A program made the position numbers and the translations under genes. Shown here one piece after another: positions 37,214 to 47,377 of a stretch of DNA of 64,000 nt. This DNA comes from Bacteroidota bacterium (GTDB lineage Bacteria > Bacteroidota > Bacteroidia > Bacteroidales > F082). The DNA lies in NCBI GenBank assembly GCA_045267845.1, contig JASFZK010000057.1, positions 792 to 64,791 of the forward strand, written 5' to 3'. Every line of letters starts with the position of its first letter. The first letter of the stretch is position 1. Below the pieces are notes generated by a model. That model was not told the DNA's origin and ran no database searches. It saw nothing but the letters and a program-made list of their open reading frames with translations.

Positions 37214-38266
37214 ATGCAGACTAAAACCCCAACATTAATTATTGATAGGCAAAAAGTACGTAACAATATTCTTAAGATGGTTGATAAAGCTAACTTGAGT
37301 AATGCTATTTTCCGTCCTCATTTCAAAACCCATCAATCAGTAGAAATAGGCGAACTTTTTAAAGAGCAGGGGGTAACCAAAATTACAGTTTCATCAGTTT
37401 CAATGGCTATTTATTTTGCAGATAATGGATGGAAAGATATTACAATTGCTTTTCCGGTAAACATAAATCAGATTGATGAAATAGTTGAACTTTCCAGAAG
37501 AGTTAAACTTAATGTTCTAGTGGAGTCAGCCTTTACTGCAAAGATATTGAGTAATTTAATTACTCATTCTTTGGGTATTTTTATTAAAATAGATACTGGT
37601 TATCACCGTACAGGATTATTACCCGAAGACCATGAAATTGAGAATATTATAAAAATTATTGACACAAATAATTACCTCATTTTTAAAGGATTTTTAAGTC
37701 ATGCAGGTCATACATATGCTGCAAAAGGACGAAATGAGATTTTACATATAATGGAGGAAAGCAAGAGTATTCTTACCAACCTCAAACAAAAATATATCAA
37801 TGAATATCCTGATATTATTATCTCATATGGCGACACACCTTCGTGTAGTATGACAGATAATTGCAATGGTTTTGATGAAATTCGTCCGGGTAATTTTGTT
37901 TTTTATGATGTAATGCAATATCATACTGGTTCGTGTCGTCTTGAAGATATTGCTGTGGCTGTGGCATGTCCAATTGTGGCAATTCATCCCAAAAGAAATG
38001 AGCTTGTAATTTACGGAGGTGCAATACACTTATCAAAGGAATTTATAGCTGCCGACAATGATTTTAAGCTTTTTGGTTACATTGTTAATTTTACCAAAAC
38101 AGGTTGGAGTGATCCAACTCCCGGGGCTTATGTTTCATCTTTGTCGCAGGAGCATGGTATAGTTATAATGCCAGATAAATATTTGAATAATTTTAAAATT
38201 GGGGATACCATTGGAATACTACCTATCCATTCATGCTTAATGGCGAATTTATTAAAAGAGTTCTAA
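37214..38266 (+). CDS. D-TA family PLP enzyme (alanine-racemase-fold, D-threonine aldolase/D-serine dehydratase-like)
   Basis: 350 aa; PLP-lysine context FRPHFKTHQS, C-terminal ...IGILPIHSC. Confidence 0.6.
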   Translation: MQTKTPTLIIDRQKVRNNILKMVDKANLSNAIFRPHFKTHQSVEIGELFKEQGVTKITVSSVSMAIYFADNGWKDITIAFPVNINQIDEIVELSRRVKLNVLVESAFTAKILSNLITHSLGIFIKIDTGYHRTGLLPEDHEIENIIKIIDTNNYLIFKGFLSHAGHTYAAKGRNEILHIMEESKSILTNLKQKYINEYPDIIISYGDTPSCSMTDNCNGFDEIRPGNFVFYDVMQYHTGSCRLEDIAVAVACPIVAIHPKRNELVIYGGAIHLSKEFIAADNDFKLFGYIVNFTKTGWSDPTPGAYVSSLSQEHGIVIMPDKYLNNFKIGDTIGILPIHSCLMANLLKEF

Positions 38267-38285
38267 TATTAATTACAATAAGATA

Positions 38286-41200
38286 TTAGTTCTTTTTATC
38301 ACCAATAATATACACCTTAAAAGTTTCGAAAACATAATAGACACAAGGTATCACCACAAGTGTTAATAATGTTGAACTCACCAGCCCTGCTGTAACAGCT
38401 ATGGCCATTGGCGAACGTAATGATGCGCTTTCACCCATTCCGATTGTAAGTGGTAATAGCGCCAGAATGGTTGTAATACTCGTCATTATAATAGGTCGAA
38501 TGCGATTTTCGCCAGCACTAATAATTGAATCTTTAATTGATTTCCCTTTTGCTCTAAACTGATTTATTGCATCTACCAAAATAATGGAATCGTTAACTGC
38601 AATACCAGCCAACATTATCATACCAATAAATGCCATAATACTTAATGGTTTCCCAAGAAGGTAAAATGCCCAAATTGCACCTACGCCTGCCAGAGGAATG
38701 GTAAGAAGAATTGTAAACGGATGAATTATTGACTCAAATTGTGAGGCCATTACCATGTAAACCAGTATAATTGATAACAACAATGCAAAGCTCAAGTTCG
38801 ACATTGCCTCCTGACGTTTTTCTTCCTCACCAATTATATTTATTTCGTAATCAGCTGGATAATCAGCTCTCGATATTAACTCTTGTACTTGATTAATTAC
38901 CACATCAAACGAAACCGACCTATCAATATCGGCAGTAATTTTGCCAATACGGTTTTGGTTACGGCGAATAAGCTGTTTTGGTGATTGCGACTCTTTAATG
39001 TCAGCAACCTCATACAGTGGAATTTCGCCGTCATTTGTTTTAAGCATTATGGAGCTGAACTCGTATTTTGTAATATTGGGCATACTAACGGTTATATCGT
39101 TCATCTCACCCTTGTTTTCATACTTTCCTGCATTTTTCCCCATCAACATATCCGAAAGCTGAGAACTGATATCAGCAGCACTTAAATTATTAATACCAGC
39201 TTTGTATCTATCAATAACAACGTTTATTTCAGGGGCACCTTCCTCAATACTTGTTTTGGGATTAATAACAAGTGGGAGCATGCTCAAACTATCTTTAATA
39301 TTAAGTGAGATTCGATTAATTTCGTCAAGATTTTTTCCTTTTACCTCAATTACCAACGGAGCATTTTCGGTTCCCATTGTTGACATTAGTGCTGTTTCAT
39401 CACGAACAATTGAAATTTCAGCATCAGGTATTCGGCCAAGCATTTCACCTGCCGCATTAATTATATCTTCTGACTGATTGTATGCTATTTCTGCAATTCT
39501 AACTTTAATACTTGCTGTGTTTTCGTTTTTAAAAACTGATTTACTATTTGTAGTAGTAACTTTTCCAATTGTTGAATATACCGATTCAATTTTATCACCA
39601 AAGGTAACTGTTAACATTGTTTCGATGGCCTCAACCGTACTTGAAGTTCGTTGGAGTTCTGTCCCTTCTTTAAGTTTTATATCAATACTAAATTCCGTGG
39701 CATTTCCCTTTGGCAGATATTCACTTCCCACGTATGGGAAAATTAGTACCGTCGACAATACAATTAATGCCGCTATGCCTATTACCACAAACCTATAATT
39801 TAGGATAACTGACAATGCATTTCCATACCAGCCCATGCGTACAGATTTTATTACCTTTTTTGTCTTTTTAGTGGAATAGGCAAAGTTAAAAAGCATCGGA
39901 ATTACCAGTATTGCAACAAATAATGATGCAAGTAGCGAGAATGCAACAGTCCATGCTTGATCTTTAAACAATTCACCCGAGGCACCATGGAGGTAAACAA
40001 TGGGTAAAAATACAACCACCGTGGTTAATGTTGATGCAACAATTGCTCCTCCAACTTCAGCGGTTCCATTAATTGCTGCTTCTTTAACGGTCATGCCAGA
40101 TTCCATATTTCTAAAAATATTTTCAACAACAACAATCGCATTATCAACAAGCATGCCTGCGCCAAGTGCCAAACCGCCAAGTGTCATTATATTGAGAGTT
40201 AAACCATTAAAATACATCAGGTTAAAAGTTGCAATTATGGATATGGGAATTACAAAACTTATAATTGCGGTTACTTTTATTCGACGTAGGAAAATGTAAA
40301 GTATAAATACGGCCATTAAAGCACCAATGAGGGCGGTCTCTTCTACTTCTTTAATTGCTATATTTATAAACTGCCCTTGATTTTGAATAATATTAAACTC
40401 GTATCCGGGGAGTGCCCTTTTTATTGTTTCCAATGATAATAATAATTCATTACCAGCTAGTACAGTATTGTATCCGGTTTCTTTATAAATTGACAAACCA
40501 AGGCAACGTTTACCATTGAAACGAACAATGTTAGTCGGTTTCTTATTTGTTAAGCTAACCTTCGCAACATCTCTTAGAAATACCGGTATTTTTTCACTAA
40601 TATTGTTATCTGTTGTTGAATTATTTTGGTTAGGATTCGATTGCTGATAGATAACCACAATATTATTTAATTCATCAATACTTTTCAACAATGAAACTCC
40701 TTTGATAATATATTTTTTACCCATTTCAACAATGGTTCCACCAGACACATTTCTGTTCATGTTTTGAATTTGCTGCACCAACTGGCTAGCAGTTAATCCA
40801 TATGCATCAAGTAAATACTTGTTAGTTTCAATTAGCACTTCCTTTTCTTCACCACCGGTTATTACAACATCTGCAATTCCATCTAATCTAATAAGCTCAT
40901 TACGTATATAGTTTTCACCCACCTGCCTTAATTCATCCATGTCGGTTATTTCGGGATTTAGCATCCCCACAACCATTATTGGTGTAGCATTTGGGTTATG
41001 CTGGCTAATGGTAAAGTCATCGATATCTGCATTTTGGCTATATGCTGTGAGAGCTTTTTGCAAATCTAAAAATGCTTCATCCATATCCTGCCCCCAGTCG
41101 TATTCAACAGTTACTTGTGCTGAGCCAACCATACAAATCGAACTTACTTGCTTTACCCCTTTTTGCCTGATACTTTGGGCTTCAATATTTTCGATATACT

Positions 41201-41387
41201 GTTTTTCAATTTCTTCGGGCGGTTTTTCGCCGGCGGTGATTTCAATAAATATTCGAGGTGCATTTAAATCGGGTAATAAGTCAACCCCAAGCCTGCTAAA
41301 TGATATGTATCCCAATAGTATAATTGCAATTACCATCATGGAAACAGTTACAGGGTAGTTTACCGAAAATTGCGTGAGTTTTTTCAT
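38286..41387 (-). CDS. RND efflux transporter permease (AcrB/HAE family)
   Basis: 1033 aa; 12-TM/two-large-loop layout, GLALGAGMLVDNAIVVVENI and MLAGIAVNDSIILVD blocks. Confidence 0.93.
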   Translation of the reverse strand: MKKLTQFSVNYPVTVSMMVIAIILLGYISFSRLGVDLLPDLNAPRIFIEITAGEKPPEEIEKQYIENIEAQSIRQKGVKQVSSICMVGSAQVTVEYDWGQDMDEAFLDLQKALTAYSQNADIDDFTISQHNPNATPIMVVGMLNPEITDMDELRQVGENYIRNELIRLDGIADVVITGGEEKEVLIETNKYLLDAYGLTASQLVQQIQNMNRNVSGGTIVEMGKKYIIKGVSLLKSIDELNNIVVIYQQSNPNQNNSTTDNNISEKIPVFLRDVAKVSLTNKKPTNIVRFNGKRCLGLSIYKETGYNTVLAGNELLLSLETIKRALPGYEFNIIQNQGQFINIAIKEVEETALIGALMAVFILYIFLRRIKVTAIISFVIPISIIATFNLMYFNGLTLNIMTLGGLALGAGMLVDNAIVVVENIFRNMESGMTVKEAAINGTAEVGGAIVASTLTTVVVFLPIVYLHGASGELFKDQAWTVAFSLLASLFVAILVIPMLFNFAYSTKKTKKVIKSVRMGWYGNALSVILNYRFVVIGIAALIVLSTVLIFPYVGSEYLPKGNATEFSIDIKLKEGTELQRTSSTVEAIETMLTVTFGDKIESVYSTIGKVTTTNSKSVFKNENTASIKVRIAEIAYNQSEDIINAAGEMLGRIPDAEISIVRDETALMSTMGTENAPLVIEVKGKNLDEINRISLNIKDSLSMLPLVINPKTSIEEGAPEINVVIDRYKAGINNLSAADISSQLSDMLMGKNAGKYENKGEMNDITVSMPNITKYEFSSIMLKTNDGEIPLYEVADIKESQSPKQLIRRNQNRIGKITADIDRSVSFDVVINQVQELISRADYPADYEINIIGEEEKRQEAMSNLSFALLLSIILVYMVMASQFESIIHPFTILLTIPLAGVGAIWAFYLLGKPLSIMAFIGMIMLAGIAVNDSIILVDAINQFRAKGKSIKDSIISAGENRIRPIIMTSITTILALLPLTIGMGESASLRSPMAIAVTAGLVSSTLLTLVVIPCVYYVFETFKVYIIGDKKN

Positions 41388-41430
41388 GAGATTTGGAGTT
41401 TATATTTCGTTATTTGTTGGCGACCTAACA

Positions 41431-42480
41431 TTACTTCACCACCTTAACCTTAGACCTGTTTCTCAATGTTTCGAACCCTTTAGTAACAAGGTCTTCTTTT
41501 GGTTCAAGTCCCGAAATTACTTCAACATATTCTGGGTTTTCAAGCCCAAATGTTATGATTCGTTCCTGGGCCAGCCCTTTCTCAACAACAAATACAGTAT
41601 TCCCTCTTTGTTTTGAGAGTATAATATTTTTTGGAATTACTATAATACTATCCTTAGAGGCCACAATAATCTCACCTTTTGCAAACATACCGGGACGAAG
41701 TAATAAAGCTTTGTTATTTATACTCACAACTGCTTTAAACGAACGAGATTGCGGATCAATGGCCGGTGATAACTGCGAAATGAAACCAGCAAGAGTATCA
41801 TCAGGAATTGTATAATTCATTATTCGTACTTCCTGGCCAACATTAATAACATCAATATTTTTAACAGCAATATTTAACTCTAAAAGTAGGTTGCTATAAT
41901 CCATTAGCACTACCATTGTTGCTCCGGCATCTATTTTTGTGCCCGAAGTATTATATGGCAACTCCACTATCCTACCCGAAAATGGAGCTGAGATTTTCAT
42001 TTTTCGCAAACGTATTAAAGCATCTTCGTAAGAATATTTTGAATTGATATATTCAATTTCCGAGTTTTTCAATTCGCTTAATGTAACACCACCTTTTTTG
42101 TAAAGCGATTTTTGTTTATCAAATACTTGTTTTGATATTTCGAGGTGCAGTTCAAGTGATATGATTTTAATATTGTTTTCGTATTCAGCATCTTCAATTT
42201 GGATTATTTTGGTACCCTTTTTTACATAATCACCCAGTACAAAATGCTTACCTGTTTTTGGGTTTTTAAGCAAGATATAATTGCCACTTATCTCTGCTTT
42301 CAGGGTAACTTCCTTAACCGGGTTTACAGTTCCTGTGGTTGAAATGTATTCCTCAAGCGAGCTGGGTACAATTTCGGTAACCGAAACAGGAACCGAAATA
42401 TCTTTACTCAAATCCTTGCTTTCGTCATCGCATGATGCAATAATAACTGTTATCAAAAGTAATAGTGCTATTCGTTTCAT
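41431..42480 (-). CDS. RND periplasmic adaptor (membrane fusion protein)
   Basis: Start at MKRIALLLL...ASC lipobox (42480), avoiding overlap with the upstream gene; HlyD/AcrA-like barrel-lipoyl-hairpin pattern. Confidence 0.85.
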   Translation of the reverse strand: MKRIALLLLITVIIASCDDESKDLSKDISVPVSVTEIVPSSLEEYISTTGTVNPVKEVTLKAEISGNYILLKNPKTGKHFVLGDYVKKGTKIIQIEDAEYENNIKIISLELHLEISKQVFDKQKSLYKKGGVTLSELKNSEIEYINSKYSYEDALIRLRKMKISAPFSGRIVELPYNTSGTKIDAGATMVVLMDYSNLLLELNIAVKNIDVINVGQEVRIMNYTIPDDTLAGFISQLSPAIDPQSRSFKAVVSINNKALLLRPGMFAKGEIIVASKDSIIVIPKNIILSKQRGNTVFVVEKGLAQERIITFGLENPEYVEVISGLEPKEDLVTKGFETLRNRSKVKVVK

Positions 42481-42490
42481 GTTGATAGGA

Positions 42491-43999
42491 TTAATTTTTG
42501 TATGATATATTATCTTGAAGTTCTTGCGGGATGAAGGATTTGTCATTTTCAAAATCCCAAAGCGACTGAACTTTCATATTTATTATTTCTAATTTATAGT
42601 TGATAAGAGCATTTACATAGTCTGTTTTCTTTTCAGATAATTGATTTTGAAATCGCTGAAGATCAATGCTTGTTAAATCGCCATTTCTATATCTTTCGAG
42701 ATTTATTTCATATGTAAGCTCAGCATTTTTTTGATTTTGTTGCGCAATTTTAATTTGGTTAACCAGATTTTGCAAGTTTCTATACGTTTTTCGGATATTT
42801 ATTATTATATCATTTTTTTGATCTTCAAGATAAATTTCTTTGGATTGCATATCAATTTCTGCAGACTTAATTCTTGCCTTTCTTTGGCCCCAATCGAATA
42901 AAGGAATAGAAAAAGTAAGGCCAACTGAAGGACTGTTTGTTGGTTTATCATAAATATTACTGAATTGTTCGTTATTACCCATAACACCAACTGATAGACT
43001 AACATCTCCACGAAACTCATTTACAGCAGCGGTTTCGGTAAGGTTAAATTCGGCAAACTTAAGGTCTATTTTCCGTTGCGTTAATTCCAATCGTTGTGTT
43101 AATCCATTTTCTATGGCTTTTTCGGGGTTTACATAAACCAGTTTAAATTCGATATCCGATTCCACTCGAATATTTTCAAACAGCGACATTCCAATAATTA
43201 ATTTAAACTGATCACGGGCATTATCCAAATCAACACGTGCATTATCGAGCCCTGATTCGCTTGTGGCATAATTTAACTCACCTTGTAATAACTCCTCTTT
43301 GGCTGATAATCCAGCATCAACTTTACCCCTAATTATTTCGAGACTAACTATTTGATTTGCAAATTCATCTTCAGCAATTTGAACAGACGTTTGTTTTTGA
43401 TAAATGGAATAAAATGCCTGATTAACTTGATATTCCAAATTCAACATTTCAATGGCATAAGACATGGTTGCGGTTTCCAGATTTAACTTATTCCTATCTA
43501 AGTTAAGTTTTAACCGATTATAAGTAAAAAATGGTTGATCGTATTGAATATATAAATAGTTGTTAAATCCTTTATCTTTAAAAATATCATTACTTGTTTC
43601 TGAAAAATTATCCTGATAAGCAAAATTATTTCTTATGGTTAACATACCATCGGTAAATTTTATTGGTTGAGAAATTGCAAAACTTGCCGAAGCACCCTTA
43701 TTTTCAGAAGTATACCATTGTGAAAACCTTTGATCGTAACTTTGCTCACGCGAAAAGCTAACAGGTGTAACATCTAAAAAAAACTGTGATTTCAATGAAG
43801 CTAATTGAGCTTTTAGCAGCTCACGGTTTTGCTCCATAACCAATCTCGATTTTTCAATTGCTGAACTGTTTTGCCCAGCTATTTCCATCGATTTATCTAG
43901 AGTTAATACAATAACTTCTCCGGATGCGGGAATCTGTGAAAACAAAAATCCATGATTTGTAATCAAACAGACTAGTATTATTAGTTTTATAATTTTCAT
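42491..43999 (-). CDS. TolC-family outer-membrane efflux protein
   Basis: About 500 aa from MKIIKLIIL; two-fold internal repeat of long helical segments typical of OMFs. Confidence 0.8.
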   Translation of the reverse strand: MKIIKLIILVCLITNHGFLFSQIPASGEVIVLTLDKSMEIAGQNSSAIEKSRLVMEQNRELLKAQLASLKSQFFLDVTPVSFSREQSYDQRFSQWYTSENKGASASFAISQPIKFTDGMLTIRNNFAYQDNFSETSNDIFKDKGFNNYLYIQYDQPFFTYNRLKLNLDRNKLNLETATMSYAIEMLNLEYQVNQAFYSIYQKQTSVQIAEDEFANQIVSLEIIRGKVDAGLSAKEELLQGELNYATSESGLDNARVDLDNARDQFKLIIGMSLFENIRVESDIEFKLVYVNPEKAIENGLTQRLELTQRKIDLKFAEFNLTETAAVNEFRGDVSLSVGVMGNNEQFSNIYDKPTNSPSVGLTFSIPLFDWGQRKARIKSAEIDMQSKEIYLEDQKNDIIINIRKTYRNLQNLVNQIKIAQQNQKNAELTYEINLERYRNGDLTSIDLQRFQNQLSEKKTDYVNALINYKLEIINMKVQSLWDFENDKSFIPQELQDNISYKN

Positions 44000-44041
44000 G
44001 ATATATGTATTATTCGATATCAAACTGCATTTTCAACTATC

Positions 44042-47000
44042 TTATTCATTTTCGATCCATTTAATAGCATCGGCGAACACCATTGCCCCTACTGACTTAT
44101 TGCTCAACTCAACCTTAGCCGTAGATGGAGTAATAAAATATGTTCCAAGGTAATTCCATCCATTATCCAAATCGCTATCAGTTAAATTAATCTGTTCAAA
44201 GCCGCCCTCATGAAAAACCGTAAAATTATAATCGGCTTTTTTAGCATTCCGTCGTCTACCGATATTTATTTTTTCGATGTGGCAATATACGTCATAATAT
44301 GCCCCATGCTTAATGGGAGCAATCCATGTGGCCGTACGTCCTTCATAATCACTACGAGTATATAGTGCTGAACGAACATATTTTCCATAAAACCCCGATC
44401 TTAGTATTTTTTCCCATTCTGTGGGAGGATTCCACCATCTAATTTTTGAAATACCATGACCAACATCCTTTTTACTATCAATTAGTTTTTTTAAGTAACT
44501 TTTTTTACTAACGTGATAATAGCTAAATAAACTATCCTCATTATCAACAACTATCTCGCCTTTTGTTAGTAGGTTATCAAATAGATCACAACTTTTTATA
44601 TCATCAAAAACTGTAGTTTTTTTTGTTTCGTTAAACGATCCAAAATCATAAATTAAATTATTTGGGAGATTAAGTGAAATATGGGTATATATGTTCATTC
44701 TCTCGGGCTCGGTACCAAAAATAAATCCAACTTCCTTGGCCGAATTAGCTGGAATATGTATCTTCTTTGAAAAATCTGGAGGGTTATCGGTATTTCTTTT
44801 TTGATCATTAGGATCGTACAAATCAATATTTATGGTAATTATTCCATCAGTATCTTCGGGGTTTGCAACTTTAAATTTAATTTGATATTTGGTATTTTCA
44901 TCCACTATAACTTTGTAAGTTTCAATGTCTTTTATTAAAAACCCAGGTAAGTTAGTGCCGTAATACCAGTCGTTTACATCATCAATTATTGATTCTTCAA
45001 ACTTACCAACCATTGCCGAATCGATTGAAAGAAGTTTTATTTGTTTGTGTCTATTAGAAACAATCAGTTCATCTAGGAGTGAGTTAAACTCTTCATCTCC
45101 GTACCTAGCCCTAAGCACTGCAAATAAATATTCACCTTTTGTAAGAATTAGTTCTGATAAAGAAAATTTTTCATTATTATTATCAGGGTTAGGGGGTAAA
45201 TTTGCAAAATCAGCCAGTGAGTTTTTTTTCAACTCTAGGTTCATTTTTTCGCTTTCGCTAAGATCGGTAAAATACCAGCGGTAAGAAGATATTGGGTTTG
45301 AATATCTTTCTTTTAAATATGCTTGAAGTGATAAATTAAGAGCTGGCCATTTTTTCGAATTCAATGATGTTATAAAAGTTATATAATTCGGAAAAATTGA
45401 TAAAGTATTCCTGTCCATACCGTCAAACATATACCATTCGCTATGGGGAGCCATAAAATTACCCCTAGCGAAACGCTTGAAAATACGTGATTGTAGTTCC
45501 AATGGAGAAACTTCCTCTTTGTTCCTGTTCATTAGTTTTTCGGTACGATTAATACGTTTTTTAAAATCAGTTTCTTCTAGTACAACACCTTTTTCGGTAT
45601 AGAAAATTATTTCGGGTTGCACCGCATCACTGGTCAGTGACCAAACATGCTTGTTAAGTGCAAATTGAATTGGGACTTCGGCTATAGAAAACCGTTTAAA
45701 GGGGTATGTAAAACCTAATTGTGTTTCGTATTCATTTTTTAATTCGCGAATTACACCTGGCAAACTGTCGTTGATATCAGTAAAATACTCTTTGTAATAA
45801 TCATTTCCGGCAATTGTGAAAATTGTATAATCTATTGAGTCAACATTAACTGTGTAGTTAATGTAATCCCCTATTAACAAGCTTATTTGAGGTAGTGGCA
45901 CATCAGTTGAAAACTGAAAAACACCAGGATCAGATGTTACCATTGCACCTTGCGAAATAGCATGTAATTTTTCATTGGTAGATATGCGAAGTGAGTAGTT
46001 TGTAAATTCAGGGTTATAACTCAGGGGATTATTTGATGAATACCCAACACCTGCAATGGGATACCACAAAGATTCGCGAGTAAGCAAAACAAAATCTTCT
46101 GTAAGATATGAATATCGTTTTTTTATCCTGAAAATCACAAACGAAAAATTATCTTTATATTCCTCTAAATCCTGATCTAAAAAACAAGTATTCTCATCAA
46201 TTGTACCAATATAATTAATTGCCAGATGTTTTTTCTCGTTGTGTGTTATTGCCATGGGCATCACAATTTTAAGTAATTGCAACTCCCGGGTAAATAATAC
46301 ACTTGTATCATTAATTTCTACAGAAGTAACTTTAAGTGATGGATTAAGGCTAAATATGAGAGTGTCAATTGACTTTGAGTTATTGTTCCTAATGATCAAA
46401 TTTGCTTTTACTTCAATTTCTTTGTCTGAATGAACTAGGTTTATACTACATGAATCAACACTTATTAGTGGATAGTTAAAATAATCGTTATTAAGTTTTA
46501 TCAACTTCTGTTTAAAACTAATAACCTCTTTTTTATTATCAATGTATTTGTAGGTAGCCAAAGCCCCAATAATCAAAAACACCAGTGATAAATAAATTGG
46601 AAATGATGTAAACCTTCGCGATTGTGGAAGTCTGTCAAGTTTAGAAATAGTGAAGAAAATAAATGCAAGACCAAAAAAGAAATAGATACCTCTATGAATT
46701 AATATTTCGTTAAAATCTCCAAAACCACCAATTGTTGAGTTCAACATAGGAACTTGATATGCAATAAAATCAAATACCTGATAAAATTTTGTATTAAGAT
46801 AAAATACAGAAACAGCAATATACCCAAGTAGCATGATGAATGTTACTGCTTGGTTTTTTGTTACAATCATTAAGAAAAATGAAAGACCAAGTATATAAAC
46901 AAGAGTTGGAATACTTATGAGAATTGGATAATACAAATATTCTAATATTCCCTGTGATGCATCGCCACTTAAAAACGAAAACGAAATTCCTATTATGAGA

Positions 47001-47374
47001 ATAATGATATTTAGTATGAAAAACACCGATAATATCCCCAAAGCTTTACCAAGTATATACTCGGCATTTGTCATCGATCGGGCATAAATAACCTCAATAG
47101 TATCATTTTTTCTATCTTGCTTTAAAAACTCAGAAGCAAGAAAAACTGCCACAATTGCTTGGCCTAGATTTAATATTAGCAGATTAACATAGGGCAGAGA
47201 CGCTGGAAGGGCACGGTAAATAAAAGGAGCATTGGTAATTTCAAGATTTGCTGCAATATTAAAAATACCTATCCCAATAATTGACAGCCACGCAAATATT
47301 CTAAAAAACCAACCACGCAATAACGTACGCATCTCGTAAAGAGCAATTGTTAGTAATTTATGAATTGATATCAT
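44042..47374 (-). CDS. ABC-2-type permease fused to a large extracytoplasmic M1-peptidase-like (HExxH-less) module
   Basis: 1110 aa; seven hydrophobic segments in residues 1-285, then ~830 aa without a TM; starts 3 nt after the ATPase stop; no HExxH or GxMEN present. Confidence 0.6.
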   Translation of the reverse strand: MISIHKLLTIALYEMRTLLRGWFFRIFAWLSIIGIGIFNIAANLEITNAPFIYRALPASLPYVNLLILNLGQAIVAVFLASEFLKQDRKNDTIEVIYARSMTNAEYILGKALGILSVFFILNIIILIIGISFSFLSGDASQGILEYLYYPILISIPTLVYILGLSFFLMIVTKNQAVTFIMLLGYIAVSVFYLNTKFYQVFDFIAYQVPMLNSTIGGFGDFNEILIHRGIYFFFGLAFIFFTISKLDRLPQSRRFTSFPIYLSLVFLIIGALATYKYIDNKKEVISFKQKLIKLNNDYFNYPLISVDSCSINLVHSDKEIEVKANLIIRNNNSKSIDTLIFSLNPSLKVTSVEINDTSVLFTRELQLLKIVMPMAITHNEKKHLAINYIGTIDENTCFLDQDLEEYKDNFSFVIFRIKKRYSYLTEDFVLLTRESLWYPIAGVGYSSNNPLSYNPEFTNYSLRISTNEKLHAISQGAMVTSDPGVFQFSTDVPLPQISLLIGDYINYTVNVDSIDYTIFTIAGNDYYKEYFTDINDSLPGVIRELKNEYETQLGFTYPFKRFSIAEVPIQFALNKHVWSLTSDAVQPEIIFYTEKGVVLEETDFKKRINRTEKLMNRNKEEVSPLELQSRIFKRFARGNFMAPHSEWYMFDGMDRNTLSIFPNYITFITSLNSKKWPALNLSLQAYLKERYSNPISSYRWYFTDLSESEKMNLELKKNSLADFANLPPNPDNNNEKFSLSELILTKGEYLFAVLRARYGDEEFNSLLDELIVSNRHKQIKLLSIDSAMVGKFEESIIDDVNDWYYGTNLPGFLIKDIETYKVIVDENTKYQIKFKVANPEDTDGIITINIDLYDPNDQKRNTDNPPDFSKKIHIPANSAKEVGFIFGTEPERMNIYTHISLNLPNNLIYDFGSFNETKKTTVFDDIKSCDLFDNLLTKGEIVVDNEDSLFSYYHVSKKSYLKKLIDSKKDVGHGISKIRWWNPPTEWEKILRSGFYGKYVRSALYTRSDYEGRTATWIAPIKHGAYYDVYCHIEKINIGRRRNAKKADYNFTVFHEGGFEQINLTDSDLDNGWNYLGTYFITPSTAKVELSNKSVGAMVFADAIKWIENE

Positions 47375-47377
47375 GTT

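Noticed and set aside
38941-41358. Several plus-strand ORFs (66-139 aa) opposite the RND gene
   Set aside because: Antisense to a 1033-aa CDS with clear RND blocks.
42481-42552. Upstream extension of the adaptor ORF overlapping the TolC gene
   Set aside because: The internal ATG at 42480 gives a standard lipoprotein leader (MKRIALLLL...ASC) and a 10-nt gap instead of a 62-nt overlap.
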